A DNA stretch of 64,000 nt from Eubacteriales bacterium (GTDB lineage Bacteria > Bacillota > Clostridia > Oscillospirales > CAG-272): assembly GCA_045660295.1 (NCBI GenBank), contig JAZRDN010000007.1, forward strand, positions 5,438-69,437. The letters run 5' to 3'. Below the pieces are notes generated by a model. The model did not search any database, was not told where the DNA came from, and worked only from the letters and a program-made list of their open reading frames with translations. Shown here one piece after another: positions 18,907 to 28,488 of this stretch. The translations under genes and the position numbers were made by a program. Every line of letters begins with the position of its first letter. Within the stretch, counting starts at the first letter, position 1.

Positions 18907-20448
18907 TCACATCAGCGGCGCGAATATCCTCATTATCGAACGGAAGAACCTCATAAGCAGGCCGCGTTTACAATCCTCCGCGGTTATCTCACGGCAGACC
19001 TCAAGCGTATCGATGAAGTCCTTTTTCACGTCCTCTATGACGGCATCGTCATAAACAAGCGCGCCGCATTCAAAGTGAAGATAAAGGCTTCTGAAATCAA
19101 GGTTTACCGTTCCCACCACCGCTCGCCTTCCGTCGCTGACAAAGGTTTTGGAGTGGATAAATCCCGGTGTATATTCGTATATCCTTACCCCCGCCTCCAC
19201 AAGCGGCTCGTAATAGGAGCGAGTGGTAAAATGAACGAGAAATTTATCTCCGTGATGAGGTGTGATTATCCTCACGTCCACGCCGCTTTTTGCCGCCAGC
19301 CTCAGCGCCGACAGCAGGTCGTCGTCAACGATAAGATAGGGTGTTGTAATGTATAAATATTCACGCGAGCCGTTTATCATCTGCTTATAGATGTGCTCGC
19401 CGAGACGCTCATTGTCTATGGGGGAGTCGGTATAAGGAAGCACGAAGCCGCCGTTTTCATTCTTCTCCGCGTCATCGGGATAATATCCGCGGTAGTCCTC
19501 GTCGATACCCTCGCAAAAGCCCCACATCTGCAAGAACATGACCGTAAAACTCCACGCGCCGTCTCCGCAAAGACGTATAGCGGTATCCTTCCAGTGTCCG
19601 AAGCGCTCTATCCCGTTTATATATTCGTCGGCGAGATTTATTCCGCCCGTGTAGGCTATCTTTCCGTCTATTACCGATATTTTTCGGTGGTCGCGGTTGT
19701 TCTGTACCGACGATATAAAGGGAACAAAGGTATTGAACACCGAAATTTTTATTCCCTTTTTAGCAAGCTCCTCTATTCTGTCGTCCGAAAAGCCGTAAAG
19801 ACTGCCCATATCGTCGTAAACAAGGCGCACGTCAACTCCCACCGCGGCACGCTCGGTCAGTATTTCCTCGATAGCGTCCCACATTTTCCCTTCCTTGACT
19901 ATAAAAAACTCAAGGAAAATATACCGCTCGGCTTTTTTCAAATCCTCGCAAAGCGCCTCGAACATCTCCTCGCCAAGCCTGTAATAGCTCATTTGAGTGT
20001 TTTTGTATATGGGAAAGCCCATATAGCTGTCGGCGTAGCTTATTTGTGTGGAAAACTCGGGCATTTTCGCCTTTGCCTCATCCACCGCCACCTCGGGAAG
20101 CCTGAAAAACTCGGCAGACGCTTTGTTTATCTGCTCGGTGCGCTTATGTAAGCCGCGCCAGAGGGCGTTACTTTTGTAAAGCAGATAGAACACGCCGCCA
20201 AAGAGCGGAAACATAAAAATAAGGAAGGTAAGCGATATCTTATAGGCGGGCTTATTCTTTGAGATGACCACGTGAAGCTCCACGAAAAAGCTGACGAGAT
20301 TTGCCGCGTTCATCACTATATCCGACACCATGGAATTTGAGAATATAGTATATCCGATAAAGGCGAATTGCAACAAAATAAGGAGCGCCACAAGCACTCT
20401 CTGTCTCAAAAATCTTCTTATCCACCTCGGCAATCTCAAAAACTTCAC
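18907..20448 (-). CDS. cls: Cardiolipin synthase
   Basis: N-terminal TM segments and two HKD motifs (DHRKISVIDG, IHSKTFVSDG). Confidence 0.93.
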   Translation of the reverse strand: MKFLRLPRWIRRFLRQRVLVALLILLQFAFIGYTIFSNSMVSDIVMNAANLVSFFVELHVVISKNKPAYKISLTFLIFMFPLFGGVFYLLYKSNALWRGLHKRTEQINKASAEFFRLPEVAVDEAKAKMPEFSTQISYADSYMGFPIYKNTQMSYYRLGEEMFEALCEDLKKAERYIFLEFFIVKEGKMWDAIEEILTERAAVGVDVRLVYDDMGSLYGFSDDRIEELAKKGIKISVFNTFVPFISSVQNNRDHRKISVIDGKIAYTGGINLADEYINGIERFGHWKDTAIRLCGDGAWSFTVMFLQMWGFCEGIDEDYRGYYPDDAEKNENGGFVLPYTDSPIDNERLGEHIYKQMINGSREYLYITTPYLIVDDDLLSALRLAAKSGVDVRIITPHHGDKFLVHFTTRSYYEPLVEAGVRIYEYTPGFIHSKTFVSDGRRAVVGTVNLDFRSLYLHFECGALVYDDAVIEDVKKDFIDTLEVCREITAEDCKRGLLMRFFRSIMRIFAPLM

Positions 20449-20586
20449 CCTCTCCGCTTGAAAAATTCACATATGTGTGGTAAAATGAATACGATAAATT
20501 ATAATACCATCATTTTTACCCCGCTTCAATAGCTTTTATGAAAAATTAACCAAACAAAAGAAATTTTTTTACAAACGGAGGCATTT

Positions 20587-21528
20587 ATGACACGTGAGCC
20601 AATGTTGATAAACGAACTCATAAAAGAGGCTTCCTCTCCCGCGCGTTTTGTAGCCGAGAGCGAAGCGGAATACGAAAAAAAGCTGTCTGATACGGCAAAT
20701 GAAATAGCAAAGAACGCCGACGAGCATCCGTTTATACTCATTTCGGGACCCTCGGGCTCTGGAAAGACCACCAGTGCCCTTAAGCTTGAGGAGCGCCTTG
20801 ATAAAATGGGCTTTGAGACCCACATTCTGTCGCTTGACAACTATTTTCACCCCATAACCGACGACGAGCGCCCGCTTTTCGAGGCGCACAAGCTTGACCT
20901 TGAAGCCCCCGCGAGAGTTGACACAGACCTGCTTAACAGCCAGCTCCGCGCCATTATGGAAGGCGAGGATGTAGCGGTGCCTCGCTTCAACTTTGTGACG
21001 AACCTGCGTGAGGTAGGCGACAGAAGGCTGAAGCTCCGCAAGGGCGAGCTGATAATCTTAGAGGGTATCCATTCGCTCAATCCCTCTGTAATAGAGAACG
21101 CCGAGGACTTCAGCACCAGAATATACGTCAGCGTCCGCTCACGAATAGAGCACACAAAAAAGGGCGAGAGCTACCTGCTTCACCCCTCAAAAATAAGGCT
21201 GGCGAGACGCATGATCCGTGACGGGCGCACCAGAAACCGCAATCCCTCGGCGGTGGTCTCACTTTACGACAGCGTGGAGCGCGGAGAAAACCTCTATATA
21301 ATGCCCTACAAGCACCGCGCCGACTTCGACATCGACACCTTTATTCCGTATGAACCATGTATTTACAAGTCTTTGCTCCCCGCCTCGCTTCCCGATGACG
21401 AGGCAAAGCACCCGTGGCTGACCGAGCTTTTTGAGGTGCTTGGCGAGATTCCCGCAATACCCCCCGAACTTGTACCGACGGAGTCGCTTTTGCGCGAATT
21501 TATCGGAGGAGGCAAATACGGAGACTGA
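20587..21528 (+). CDS. Uridine kinase/phosphoribulokinase-family nucleoside kinase
   Basis: SGPSGSGKTT, LSLDNYF, ILEGIHSLNP. Confidence 0.8.
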   Translation: MTREPMLINELIKEASSPARFVAESEAEYEKKLSDTANEIAKNADEHPFILISGPSGSGKTTSALKLEERLDKMGFETHILSLDNYFHPITDDERPLFEAHKLDLEAPARVDTDLLNSQLRAIMEGEDVAVPRFNFVTNLREVGDRRLKLRKGELIILEGIHSLNPSVIENAEDFSTRIYVSVRSRIEHTKKGESYLLHPSKIRLARRMIRDGRTRNRNPSAVVSLYDSVERGENLYIMPYKHRADFDIDTFIPYEPCIYKSLLPASLPDDEAKHPWLTELFEVLGEIPAIPPELVPTESLLREFIGGGKYGD

Positions 21529-21549
21529 CAAAATACTGAATTTTCACAA

Positions 21550-21831
21550 ATGAATTTCATTATGACAGCAAGTTACAAACGAGTGAAGCTTGCTTGCTAC
21601 GCAAGCAACGTCACCATGTCTATCGTGGGCAATCTTTCGCCCGTTCTCTTTCTTACCTTTACTATAAACGAGAGCTCCAAAGCGGCGCAAATTGCCGCGG
21701 ACATGGGACTAACGCCCGACAGACCGGGCATGAAATGCGGAATACTTGTGGGAATGCTGTTCTCGCTTGTAGCGGTTTTCGTGTATTTGAGGATAATGAA
21801 AACGCAGAAAAATTTTGTAGCTGAAAAATAA
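21550..21831 (+). pseudogene. Internally deleted MFS transporter remnant
   Basis: A first-TM-like N-terminus (KLACYASNVTMSIVGNLSPVLFLTF) joins a last-TM-like C-terminus (GMKCGILVGMLFSLVAV) in only 93 aa. Confidence 0.55.
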
Positions 21832-21968
21832 ATTTTATAGCTGAACGGCGAAGGGTTTACCCCCGCCGTTTCTTTTTGCGCCGTGCAAACAAAAATTTCC
21901 ACCTACTGTTTACGTCTCCACTCGCGTGGCAAAAATAGTATAAGAAATCAGAGGAAAGGAGCTTTTAT

Positions 21969-22826
21969 ATGTCAAACACCGATTTACCTCGCACCGAAAT
22001 ATCCGCCTTTAAAAAGTCAAAGGACTTTCTTATATGCGTTGACAGCGACGGCTGCGCCATGGACTCAATGAACGTAAAGCACTTAAAGTGCTTTGGTCCG
22101 CTGATGATAAAGGAGTGGGAGCTTTACAGGTGGGAACACGATATCCTTGAAATATGGAACGAAATAAATCTTTACACAAAGACACGCGGAGTCAATCGCT
22201 TCAGGGGGCTTGCGCTGACCCTTAAGGCGGTCAACGAGCGCTTTCACCCGATAGCCGAGATAGGACATCTGCTGTTCTGGTCGGAGCGCGGCAGGGGGCT
22301 TTCAAACGACTCGCTGAGGCGAGAAATTGCCGACAATCCCGACATCGGGATATTAAAAAAAGCCCTCTCGTGGAGCACAGAGGTCAACCGCGCCATAGAA
22401 TCGCTTGGCGAAGACGAGATATTGCCGTTTGAGGGGGTAAAGGCAGGTCTTCGGCAAGCGAGTGAATTTGCCGATATTGCCGTGGTTTCGGGAGCTAACG
22501 CCGACGCGCTTATCCACGAGTGGTGCAAGCATGGGTTGGCAAAGCACGCCGACCTGCTTCTGTCGCAAAGTGCGGGAAGCAAGTCCTTTTGCATTGGCGA
22601 GCTTGTAAAAAAGGGCTATTCACCGCACAAAGTGCTTATGTGCGGTGACGCCGTAGGAGACCTTGAGGCGGCAGATGCAAACGGAGTATTCTTCTTCCCT
22701 GTTCTCGTGCGCCGAGAGCGCGAAAGCTGGGACGAATTCCCCCAAGCCCTGAAAAAGCTGTCAAGCGGCGATTACGTTCAATACGGCGAAAAAAAGAAAG
22801 CCGAATTTTTAAATAATCTGAGCTAA
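21969..22826 (+). CDS. HAD-superfamily hydrolase
   Basis: DSDGC motif I, VVSG motif II, MCGDAVGD motif IV. Confidence 0.85.
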   Translation: MSNTDLPRTEISAFKKSKDFLICVDSDGCAMDSMNVKHLKCFGPLMIKEWELYRWEHDILEIWNEINLYTKTRGVNRFRGLALTLKAVNERFHPIAEIGHLLFWSERGRGLSNDSLRREIADNPDIGILKKALSWSTEVNRAIESLGEDEILPFEGVKAGLRQASEFADIAVVSGANADALIHEWCKHGLAKHADLLLSQSAGSKSFCIGELVKKGYSPHKVLMCGDAVGDLEAADANGVFFFPVLVRRERESWDEFPQALKKLSSGDYVQYGEKKKAEFLNNLS

Positions 22827-22839
22827 TAAGGAGTTAAAA

Positions 22840-24609
22840 ATGGTAGATCTCAAAGCAAAGCCCTACTGCCTTTCAGACGACGGCATCGAATGGGTCAACT
22901 CAACAATAAGCGCTATGACCGACGAGGAAAAGGTGGGACAGCTCTTTTTTCAGCTGACCGCGTCAACCGACGAGGAATATTTAAAGGAGCTGATGAACAA
23001 ATATCATCTTGGCGGTTGCCGATACAACGCCATGCCCGCCGAGAAGGTACGCAAGCAAAACGAAATTCTCCAAAAACACGCAAGGATACCGCTTTTTATA
23101 GCCTGCAACACAGAGACGGGCGGCAACGGGGCGTGCACTGACGGCACGTATATCGGAAGCGGTATAAAGATAGGCGCTACGGGCAACGCCGAATACGCCC
23201 GCGCGCTTGGCAAATACGCCAACGAGGAAGCGGCGGCGATAGGCTGCAACATGGCGTTCGCCCCCGTATGCGACATTCACCTCAACTGGGAGAACACCGA
23301 GATAGTCTCAAGAGCCTTTGGCAACGATGCCGAGCGAGTAGCAGAAATGAGCCGAGCCTACGTTGAGGGCGCGCACTCGGTAGAGGGCTTCGCATCGGTG
23401 GCAAAGCACTTTCCCGGCAACGGCTTGGACTTCCGCGACGCCCACATCTCAAACAACGTGAACCCAACGGGCGAAAAGGAATGGTTTGAGACCTTTGGAA
23501 GGGTTTACAAGACGCTTTTTGAAGCTGGAGTAGACGCGGTCATGGGCGGTCACATAATGATGCCCACCTATATGCGTGAGCTTTACCCCGACATAAAGGA
23601 CGATGATATCCTGCCCGCCACGCTCTGCCGTGAGATAATGACAGAGCTTTTGCGCCACAGACTGGGCTTTAACGGAATGGTTGTGTCCGATGCCAGCCAC
23701 ATGGTGGCAATGACCAACCGAATGAAGCGCCGAGACATGCTCCCCGCGTGCATCAACGCGGGCTGCGACATGTTCCTTTTCTTCAACGACCCGGACGAGG
23801 ATTTCGAGTGTATGCTTTCGGCTTACAAAAGCGGTGTCATCACCGAGGAACGCATGACCGAAGCGCTTACGCGTATACTCGGGCTTAAGGCGAAAATGGG
23901 CTTGCACAAAAAGCCCAAGGACGGGCTTGTGTCAAGCGCCGAGCCGTCCGCCGCTCTCGGCAAGCCCGAATACAGAGAAATCGCCGAAAGCATAAGCCGT
24001 GACAGTATCACGCTGGTAAAGTACAAGGACGAGGGCGTTCTTCCGCTGACACCCGAGAAATACAAGCGCGTTATGATAGTTTACGTCAAGGGAGCGGCAG
24101 GACCTATGGACGCTTTTATAAAGATGGCAACGGGTGACAACGCCAAATCCAACCCCGCCGAGGAATTGCGCGACAGGCTCATTGCTCGCGGATTTGACGC
24201 CTTTATTTACGAAAGTCCCTTGGAAGCAATGAAGAAGAAGATTGCCGAGGGCGAAAAGCCGAGTCTTAACCTCTATTTCGCGGGCAAAAACTCAATAAGC
24301 GATTTTGTTTCGGGGCAGGATATAGTCATCACACTGTTTGACGTAACGGTAGGCAGACCCAGCTTTGGCATGTCAAAGGGTGGCGGTGAGATACCCTGGT
24401 ACGTTTTTGAGCTTCCTGTAATAGCAATAAGCGTAAACGCACCAACCATGCTTGCCGATATTCCGCAAGCGCGCACCTATATCAACGCCTACGACTCAAA
24501 GCCCCACACCCTTGACGCGCTTGTTGACAAGCTCACAAGCTCTCCCGATGCGTTCACGGGAAAAGACCCTATCGACAGTTTTTGCGGCATATGGGATACG
24601 AAAATTTAA
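22840..24609 (+). CDS. GH3 glycoside hydrolase (beta-hexosaminidase/glucosidase-like)
   Basis: EEKVGQLF, AFAPVCD, KHFPGNG, VVSDASHM. Confidence 0.9.
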   Translation: MVDLKAKPYCLSDDGIEWVNSTISAMTDEEKVGQLFFQLTASTDEEYLKELMNKYHLGGCRYNAMPAEKVRKQNEILQKHARIPLFIACNTETGGNGACTDGTYIGSGIKIGATGNAEYARALGKYANEEAAAIGCNMAFAPVCDIHLNWENTEIVSRAFGNDAERVAEMSRAYVEGAHSVEGFASVAKHFPGNGLDFRDAHISNNVNPTGEKEWFETFGRVYKTLFEAGVDAVMGGHIMMPTYMRELYPDIKDDDILPATLCREIMTELLRHRLGFNGMVVSDASHMVAMTNRMKRRDMLPACINAGCDMFLFFNDPDEDFECMLSAYKSGVITEERMTEALTRILGLKAKMGLHKKPKDGLVSSAEPSAALGKPEYREIAESISRDSITLVKYKDEGVLPLTPEKYKRVMIVYVKGAAGPMDAFIKMATGDNAKSNPAEELRDRLIARGFDAFIYESPLEAMKKKIAEGEKPSLNLYFAGKNSISDFVSGQDIVITLFDVTVGRPSFGMSKGGGEIPWYVFELPVIAISVNAPTMLADIPQARTYINAYDSKPHTLDALVDKLTSSPDAFTGKDPIDSFCGIWDTKI

Positions 24610-24832
24610 TTATAAAAAGGGGCTGTCTTACAAGAGCACAGCCCCACACTTGTATTATGCGGCAGATTATTATTTTTCGATGTTTTGACAAAAAATTTGA
24701 CAAAATTTTCATAGTTGTCTTGACGGAAAGCCTGTGATGTGGTATACTTAACTCATCTATTTACAAATTACGGAGCGAAATTTATAAACGTGGACGTTAC
24801 GTCTGATGAATAATTTAAAGGAGTTTTCGGAT

Positions 24833-25393
24833 ATGGACAAGATTCAAGGAATCAAGGATTTTGAAAGCAGAATCAAAAGAATCCTCATCACAGAGGAAGA
24901 AATCGACGCCGCTACAAAGAAGGTGGGCAAGGAAATAGACGCACTGTACGACGGACGCCCGATACTGCTTGTAAGCATTCTCAAGGGCTCGTTCGTATTT
25001 ATGTCAGACCTCTGCCGCGCGGTCTCTGTTCCCTGCGAGGTAGGCTTTATGTGCGCGAAAAGCTATTACAACGGCACTGTCTCGTCGGGCACAGTACAAA
25101 TCACAATGGACCTTGAGCAGGACATAAGCAAATATCACGTTGTAATCGTAGAGGACATTGTGGACACGGGAAGAACACTTAACGACGTTGTGGCGCTTCT
25201 TAAGAAACGCAACCCTCTTTCGATAAGGGTCGTAACACTCTTGGACAAGCCCTCAAGACGCTTGGTGGACTTCAATGCCGATATAGCTCTGTTCACCATT
25301 CCCGACCATTTTGTTATTGGCTACGGGCTTGATTGCGGCGAGCTTTACCGCAACCTTCCCTACATAGCAGAGTATAATCAGGACGTAAAGTAA
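24833..25393 (+). CDS. hpt: Hypoxanthine phosphoribosyltransferase
   Basis: ILKGSF, VIVEDIVDTG PRPP-binding motif, FVIGYGLD. RBS AAGGAG precedes ATG 24833. Confidence 0.93.
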   Translation: MDKIQGIKDFESRIKRILITEEEIDAATKKVGKEIDALYDGRPILLVSILKGSFVFMSDLCRAVSVPCEVGFMCAKSYYNGTVSSGTVQITMDLEQDISKYHVVIVEDIVDTGRTLNDVVALLKKRNPLSIRVVTLLDKPSRRLVDFNADIALFTIPDHFVIGYGLDCGELYRNLPYIAEYNQDVK

Positions 25394-25511
25394 GATTGGA
25401 TAGGCAAAGCGCTCGCTTTTTGCGAGCGCTTTGTTTTGATATGCGTTTGTACGCTATATTAAATTTGGTATATTGTATAGGATATCGCCCCCTGCGAGTT
25501 TCTTCACCCAA

Positions 25512-25634
25512 CAAAAATCGGTAGCCGAGTCGTTAAGACTCGGCTACATTTTGCGTTATTCACGTCAAGACTTGTATCGCCGATCACGGGAAGCTGAAGC
25601 TCGAGAGAATTACAGTTACCGATTGTCAATTGTG
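25512..25634 (-). ncRNA. Candidate orphan structured small RNA
   Basis: Promoter TTGCAC-17-TATATT (25641-25669), an 11-bp hairpin plus T run (25513-25547), complementary 5' and 3' ends, no ATG-started ORF. Confidence 0.4.
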
Positions 25635-25731
25635 CAATATAATATATATACCATATACAAATTGTGCAAAATGCACAGAAACACAATCAAAGAGGCTGAG
25701 TCAAAAACTCAGCCTCCACCTGTAATCTATC

Positions 25732-26481
25732 CTATGAATTTGTGTTTTGGGCGTTTTCAAGAAGCGCCTTTACCTTTGGGTCATCCATTCTGATCTTGCA
25801 AAAAAGCTCCGCAAGCTCAAGGAGCGGTAATTCCAAATCAGAAACGGTCATAGTGCGTGTAAGCAAAGTTCCCTTCTTTCGCGTCACGTTGTATTCGTTG
25901 ACCTGCTCAACCAAAATCATTTTCCATGAATCTTGCATTCCTTGAGAGCCGGCAATTATCTGACAAACCGAAGATGCGTCTATTTTGCTCTTTGAAGAAA
26001 CAGCCACCTTATTAAGGTTATCCATAAGAACCTGCCTGTTCCACGAGCATTGGTGCATAATAAACGCAAGATTGTTTCCAAATCTAATGTTTTCAGGCTT
26101 CTTTTTACTGCTCGGATCGCGGCTTTGTAGCTTGTTCTTGATGAATCTGTTCATGTTGTTGAAGAAGCTGGCGTATTCCTCGGAGGTAAGCTGTGACATA
26201 ACGTCGTCAAAAAGCTCTCTGACCTCCTCCTCGCTTCGAGGCGTGCGCGCCGAGGCTCTTTTGAGGCTCACAGACGAAATCGACTCCGCAGAGCAAAGCC
26301 CGAACAGCCCCGCAACCTCATGGGCATATATGCCGCCCAGATCACGGAACAGCCTAAGCTCCTCACCCGCAAGCGCGTCAGCGGCAAACGACCAATAGAC
26401 AAACGCGCGTTTCTGATCCATCATAACGCCGTCACCTTCCGCATATTTTCGCCCGAGCTTTATCCAGTCATTCTTGTTCAT
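25732..26481 (-). CDS. Hypothetical protein with an N-terminal Sel1-like repeat and a possible XRE-like HTH
   Basis: LGRKYAEGDGVMMDQKRAFVYW is Sel1-like; RFGNNLAFIMHQ...IDASSVCQI is HTH-like. Own promoter TTGAAA-17-TACAAT. Confidence 0.55.
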   Translation of the reverse strand: MNKNDWIKLGRKYAEGDGVMMDQKRAFVYWSFAADALAGEELRLFRDLGGIYAHEVAGLFGLCSAESISSVSLKRASARTPRSEEEVRELFDDVMSQLTSEEYASFFNNMNRFIKNKLQSRDPSSKKKPENIRFGNNLAFIMHQCSWNRQVLMDNLNKVAVSSKSKIDASSVCQIIAGSQGMQDSWKMILVEQVNEYNVTRKKGTLLTRTMTVSDLELPLLELAELFCKIRMDDPKVKALLENAQNTNS

Positions 26482-26563
26482 ATCATTCTTCCGTCCTTGT
26501 TGTTAATAGAAATCTTCTGTCATTGTATCACATTATCCGACATTTTTCAAGGGGTAATTTACT

Positions 26564-26586
26564 AAAAAAGCCCCCGAAGGGGCTTT
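26564..26586 (-). terminator. Terminator closing the ESCRT-like three-gene unit
   Basis: AAAGCCCC-TTCG-GGGGCTTTTTT on the minus strand. Confidence 0.85.
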
Positions 26587-26610
26587 AGTCAGTTAAGGTT
26601 TTTTGGAGGT

Positions 26611-27813
26611 TTATTTGCGCTGTGCCAGATATTTCTGGTACACCATCAAATCTGTTTTGGGTGTCTTATAACCCTTTTCTTCATTGTACTTGATGTACTC
26701 GCCAAGCTCGTCGCCCTTTATACTCTTTGGGGAGTGGGCGATGACATCGTTGACGTCCTCGGTCGTAACCACCGAGGCTACGCCCGTCTCGTAATGTCTG
26801 AACAATGGTCTGTCGCCGATCCTCTCGCATATGGTAGAGATATCAGCCGAGCTATATCCCTCAAGGAAGTCAGCTATTGTGTCAAGGTTAACGTTGGAAG
26901 CAAGGGGCGGAACTCCGCCGCCAAGGCTCTTTTTAACAAGAAATCTTCTCGCTTCCTGATCGGGCAAGCCCACGTAGACCTGAGTATCAAGACGCTTACC
27001 GCGAAGGATAGCCGAGTCAATGCTGTCGGGGCGGTTTGTGGTTGCCACAAACACGATGCTACGGTCGGTATTAGCCTTTACCATAGCGTCAATTCCCTGC
27101 AAAAGCTCGTTTACTACACGGTTCATTTCGCCGTCCGCACCCTCGGTGCTCTTTGAGCGCTTACCCGCGATCGCGTCAAACTCGTCAACGAACGCCAGAA
27201 TCCTTGGCGAATCGTCGGCAATGATGCTATCCATATAAGCCTTGATATTGCGTATAGACTGTCCTAAACGGGAATCAATTATCTCACTCGCCTTGCAACG
27301 GTGCATAGACATGTCAAGCTCGTTGGCAAGAGCCTCGGCAAACATGGTCTTTCCCGTACCGGGAGGTCCGTACAAAAGCAACTGTATCGTGCGGCTGGGC
27401 TTCTTCTTGTACATGCCCATGACCTCGGGGTGATTGATAGGACCAATTACCTTGTTTCTGAGCAGAGCCTTTACGTCGTCAAGACCGGCGATGTCGCTGA
27501 AGCGGATCTCGCTTCTGGTGGTTTCGGCAGCGAACTTGGGCGCCCTATCGTCATCCGCGTCCTGCGCGGAAACCGAAACGTGAGCGTTTCTGAGTCCCTC
27601 AAGACGAGCTGCCCAAAGATTCATTTTCTGCTTATAAATGTTACGCAGGTAGTCCTTTTCGCCTTTATCCTCAGCAATACGGGCGGCAAGCTGATAGGCT
27701 TTGGAAGCCGCCTCACGCGCCGCATCATACTGCTTACCGTTGATGGCGTTATTATAAGCCACCTCACATTCGCCAATCAGACGATTGACTTTTTCATAGT
27801 AGTATTCAGCCAT
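26611..27813 (-). CDS. AAA+ ATPase with a MIT-like N-terminal three-helix bundle (Vps4-like architecture)
   Basis: FSDIAGLDDVK, LLYGPPGTGKT, FVDEFD, TNRPDSIDSAILR. N-terminal helices end in YKQKMNLWAARLEGL. The C-terminal helix SIKGDELGEYIKYNEEKG is meiotic-clade-like. The AAA+ call is firm; MIT/Vps4 is inferred. Confidence 0.8.
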   Translation of the reverse strand: MAEYYYEKVNRLIGECEVAYNNAINGKQYDAAREAASKAYQLAARIAEDKGEKDYLRNIYKQKMNLWAARLEGLRNAHVSVSAQDADDDRAPKFAAETTRSEIRFSDIAGLDDVKALLRNKVIGPINHPEVMGMYKKKPSRTIQLLLYGPPGTGKTMFAEALANELDMSMHRCKASEIIDSRLGQSIRNIKAYMDSIIADDSPRILAFVDEFDAIAGKRSKSTEGADGEMNRVVNELLQGIDAMVKANTDRSIVFVATTNRPDSIDSAILRGKRLDTQVYVGLPDQEARRFLVKKSLGGGVPPLASNVNLDTIADFLEGYSSADISTICERIGDRPLFRHYETGVASVVTTEDVNDVIAHSPKSIKGDELGEYIKYNEEKGYKTPKTDLMVYQKYLAQRK

Positions 27814-27846
27814 AGTACCTTCTCTCCGTAAAAACAACAGCCGATA

Positions 27847-28443
27847 TTATTCGCCTATCTTTGTATTATCGTTCTTAAGAGAGGTAAAAGGAACCTCAGC
27901 CACGGTTGCGCCGACATTGTCAAGACCTGCGGTCTTCTGGAACTCTGCCTTCATCGTATCGAAAATGTTATTAGCCTCCTCAGATGTCTGTACATCGGAG
28001 TTCTTAAGAATAACGTCCATCTGATTGTCAAAAGCGTCGAGCATATTGTCCCACTTGTCGAGATTCTGGATAATGTCGCCGCCCTTGAGAGTGTTCATAA
28101 GGTTACCAACGCCGTTCATAACGTCCTCAAGACGTCCGATGCTCTCAGCATATTTCTGATGCATCTGAGCGCGCCTCGCACGGGTATTCATATCGCGCCA
28201 AACCTTGAGAATGCGTTCGGAAATGCTCATCTCCATGCAAAGCATCTTTGCCTCGGTCTCATCACCTGCCGCAAAAGCCTCCATAATACGGCTCTTGTAT
28301 TCGTCACGTTCCTTCTGAGCGTTCTTTACGTTTGTTGCGCACTCCTCGCAAAAAGCCGCGAGCTTCTTCTTCTGCTGATTAGCCAAAACCTGCTTTTCAA
28401 ACTCGATTTCCGCCTTTTTCTTCTTGCTCATAAACAATGCCAT
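27847..28443 (-). CDS. Snf7/CHMP (ESCRT-III)-like helical protein, 198 aa
   Basis: Basic N-terminus (MALFMSKKKK), hairpin turn IMEAFAAGDETEAKM, acidic C-terminal half, AGLD and a Pro-containing tail. Recognised by pattern only. Confidence 0.65.
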   Translation of the reverse strand: MALFMSKKKKAEIEFEKQVLANQQKKKLAAFCEECATNVKNAQKERDEYKSRIMEAFAAGDETEAKMLCMEMSISERILKVWRDMNTRARRAQMHQKYAESIGRLEDVMNGVGNLMNTLKGGDIIQNLDKWDNMLDAFDNQMDVILKNSDVQTSEEANNIFDTMKAEFQKTAGLDNVGATVAEVPFTSLKNDNTKIGE

Positions 28444-28488
28444 GTTATTACTCCTCCGTCAAATTGAAAATTTATTTGTTTTTAGGGA

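Noticed and set aside
25512-25625. c-di-GMP-I or purine riboswitch near hpt
   Set aside because: GTTACCGAT resembles the c-di-GMP-I 3' end, but the GGCAAA/GAAA/GACGCAAA core is missing. No purine aptamer core is present and the element lies downstream of hpt.
27847-28443. Plain PspA/IM30 annotation
   Set aside because: Not excluded, but I see no typical PspA N-terminal signature. The AGD hairpin turn, AGLD and the VPF tail next to a MIT-like AAA fit Snf7/CHMP better. Profile searches are needed to decide.
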